Position numbers and translations under genes: made by a program. 64,000 bases of DNA from Octopus bimaculoides (Eukaryota): positions 105,450,036 through 105,514,035 of the forward strand of contig NC_068983.1 in assembly GCF_001194135.2 (NCBI RefSeq). Reading direction: 5' to 3'. Every line of letters starts with the position of its first letter. The stretch's first letter is position 1. Below the pieces are notes generated by a model that worked only from the letters and a program-made list of their open reading frames with translations, did no database searches and had not been told where the DNA came from. Positions 62,126 to 64,000 of this stretch are shown here, one piece after another.

Positions 62126-64000
62126 GTAAGATTATTTCTCATCTTAATTCTTAATTTCATTCTTTATATTGTTATAAATTTGATAAAACAATTTAATATA
62201 TTCACTCCATTTTATCCTTAGCTTTATATTTTTCTCCTTGATGATAAAATTTTAATTTGTTGACAACAAATAAATTGTCACTATATCATTTAATTATCTA
62301 AAGTAATTCACATTGCATTTCTTTCTAATTGTTAATATTTATATTTAATTATCTGTATTTATTCTGATTGTATCACCTTGTTTTAGAAATTGTATTCCAA
62401 TGTCATTTTCCATGTTTCTTTTTAATCTATTTGAGTTCATTCAATTATTTGTGTATGTTTGAATGTGAGTTTATCTTTGAGTTTCTTTCATATGAAATAG
62501 AGGCACATGCATGGCTGTGTGGTTAAGATGCTTGCTTCCTAGCCATGTTATGTTGGGTTCAGTCCTATTGCCCAGTACCTTAGGATAGTATCTTCCACTA
62601 TAGCCCCCCAAGCTAACCAAAGTCTTGTGAGTGGATTTAGTAAATGGAAAATGAAAGAAGCCCATCATATGTGTGTGTGTTGTGTGATTGTTATAAATGA
62701 GCATCATATGAATGTGGTTGTTCATTTCCAATCTTACATGTAAAACATATCTAGCTATGGAAAAATATTACTTTGTTTGGAGACAGGTGAGATTTGGTGG
62801 CAGGAAGAGCCATTCATCTGTAGGAAATCTCCCTCAACAAATTCCATCTGACCCATGCAAGCATGAAAAATCATCATCATCATACATCTGTTTTCCATGG
62901 GTTGGATTGTTTGATAGGAGCTGGCAAGGCCAGGAGCTGCACAAGGTTCCATTGTCTGTTTTGGCATGGTTTATACAGCTGGATGCCATTCCTAATGCCA
63001 ACAATTTTATAGAGTGTACTTTTTACATAGCACCAGCACCAACAGGGTTACCAAATACCTTACAAGACAAAATAACCCTCAACTGGAAGAGAGGAGTAGT
63101 AGTGAGAGGATGTGGCTTTGTGCCAGTTGAGAGATTGAAAGTATAGGTGTTTAGCTGTAGAGTAGATACATTGATTTCCCATTTGGAAAAAAGAAAGGGG
63201 AGTAAGTTAGAGAGGAAGATGAAGAGAGCAATAGTGAGAGAGAGAGAGATGATGGCAAAGGTGTATTGAGACATGTCCTCAATGGTGAGAATAGGTGAGG
63301 TGACATAGAGGGTGAATGTTAAATGATGATAATGAAACTATGTTAGTAGGCTATGTTAATCAGTCCACAATTAAAATCTTAATCTATTATCTGATGAAAA
63401 ATCAAGAAGGTACTCAAGTTCATACTAACCTATGAACTAAAATATAACACCTTTATAAATTAAAGTACATCTTTATCATAAAATATTTCCATTACATTAT
63501 ATGCATTGATACTGGAGGATACAGCCCTTCCTAGGTTTGTTACCATTTGTTCATTAGAACAAAGATGAATGACTTCTTCGTTACACATATGACTTCAGTT
63601 TTCAGTTACGCATGACTTCCTCTTTCATATCACCTTAACTATATAAATTATTTTGTGGTGTCTGGGGAGAGTCATTCTTGTTTAGTGCCTTATAGTTTAA
63701 CAATATTCATTAGAGATTGATAAAATGAGCACTAGACAGAAAATATTAGTGTTTAATATAATTCAAAAATGATGCTCTCATGCTAAAATAGTCACAAACT
63801 CAATATCTATTTCTGAAAAAGAATATGTGCTTCAGAATTATTGTCTAGCCAAAAGAACTTATACCTCTCACCAGAATAGTTGGAAGGTGGTGACAATGGG
63901 ATGAGATCCAGATATGACTGCAAGCAAATATCTTAACAGCTTGCTTCATGTGTGTATGTGTGCGTGATCTTTAACTTTTATGTTTGCTTTTCCATGCTGG

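Overview
AT-rich, microsatellite- and retroposon-dense metazoan genomic scaffold with 8 N-gaps. The SINE/LINE repertoire resembles that of an octopod cephalopod such as Octopus (inference). Three intron-containing genes were reconstructed by hand from splice sites and frame continuity. (1) ATXN10 (ataxin-10), minus strand, coding exons 1-3 (17365 down to 778), running off the window start. (2) HSD17B10 (3-hydroxyacyl-CoA dehydrogenase type 2/MRPP2), plus strand, complete 5-exon CDS 32941-42180 (780 nt, 259 aa). (3) TRIP13/PCH2 AAA+ ATPase, plus strand, coding exons 1-5 (53158-62125), running off the window end. The rest is decayed mobile DNA: RTE-type and CR1-type LINEs, a deleted Ty3/gypsy internal region, two Penelope-like elements (PLEs) arranged tail-to-tail with hammerhead-ribozyme-like motifs, a Tc1/mariner (maT-like) deletion derivative, hAT, Merlin-like, pogo-like and piggyBac-like MITEs, and several tRNA-derived SINE families. 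The best second-look items are a candidate duplicated alternative first coding exon of HSD17B10 (MASAVTLK vs MSTIALK), a PLE-linked hammerhead motif with an extended stem II, a 148-bp near-perfect inverted duplication captured inside a hAT MITE in ATXN10 intron 1, and two GGATCT-terminated 8-bp-TSD (Merlin-like) elements, one only 72 bp long. No prokaryote-type systems (CRISPR, operons) and no rRNA were seen. I found no clear evidence of a wholly new biological system. All calls were made by eye and repeat coordinates are approximate.
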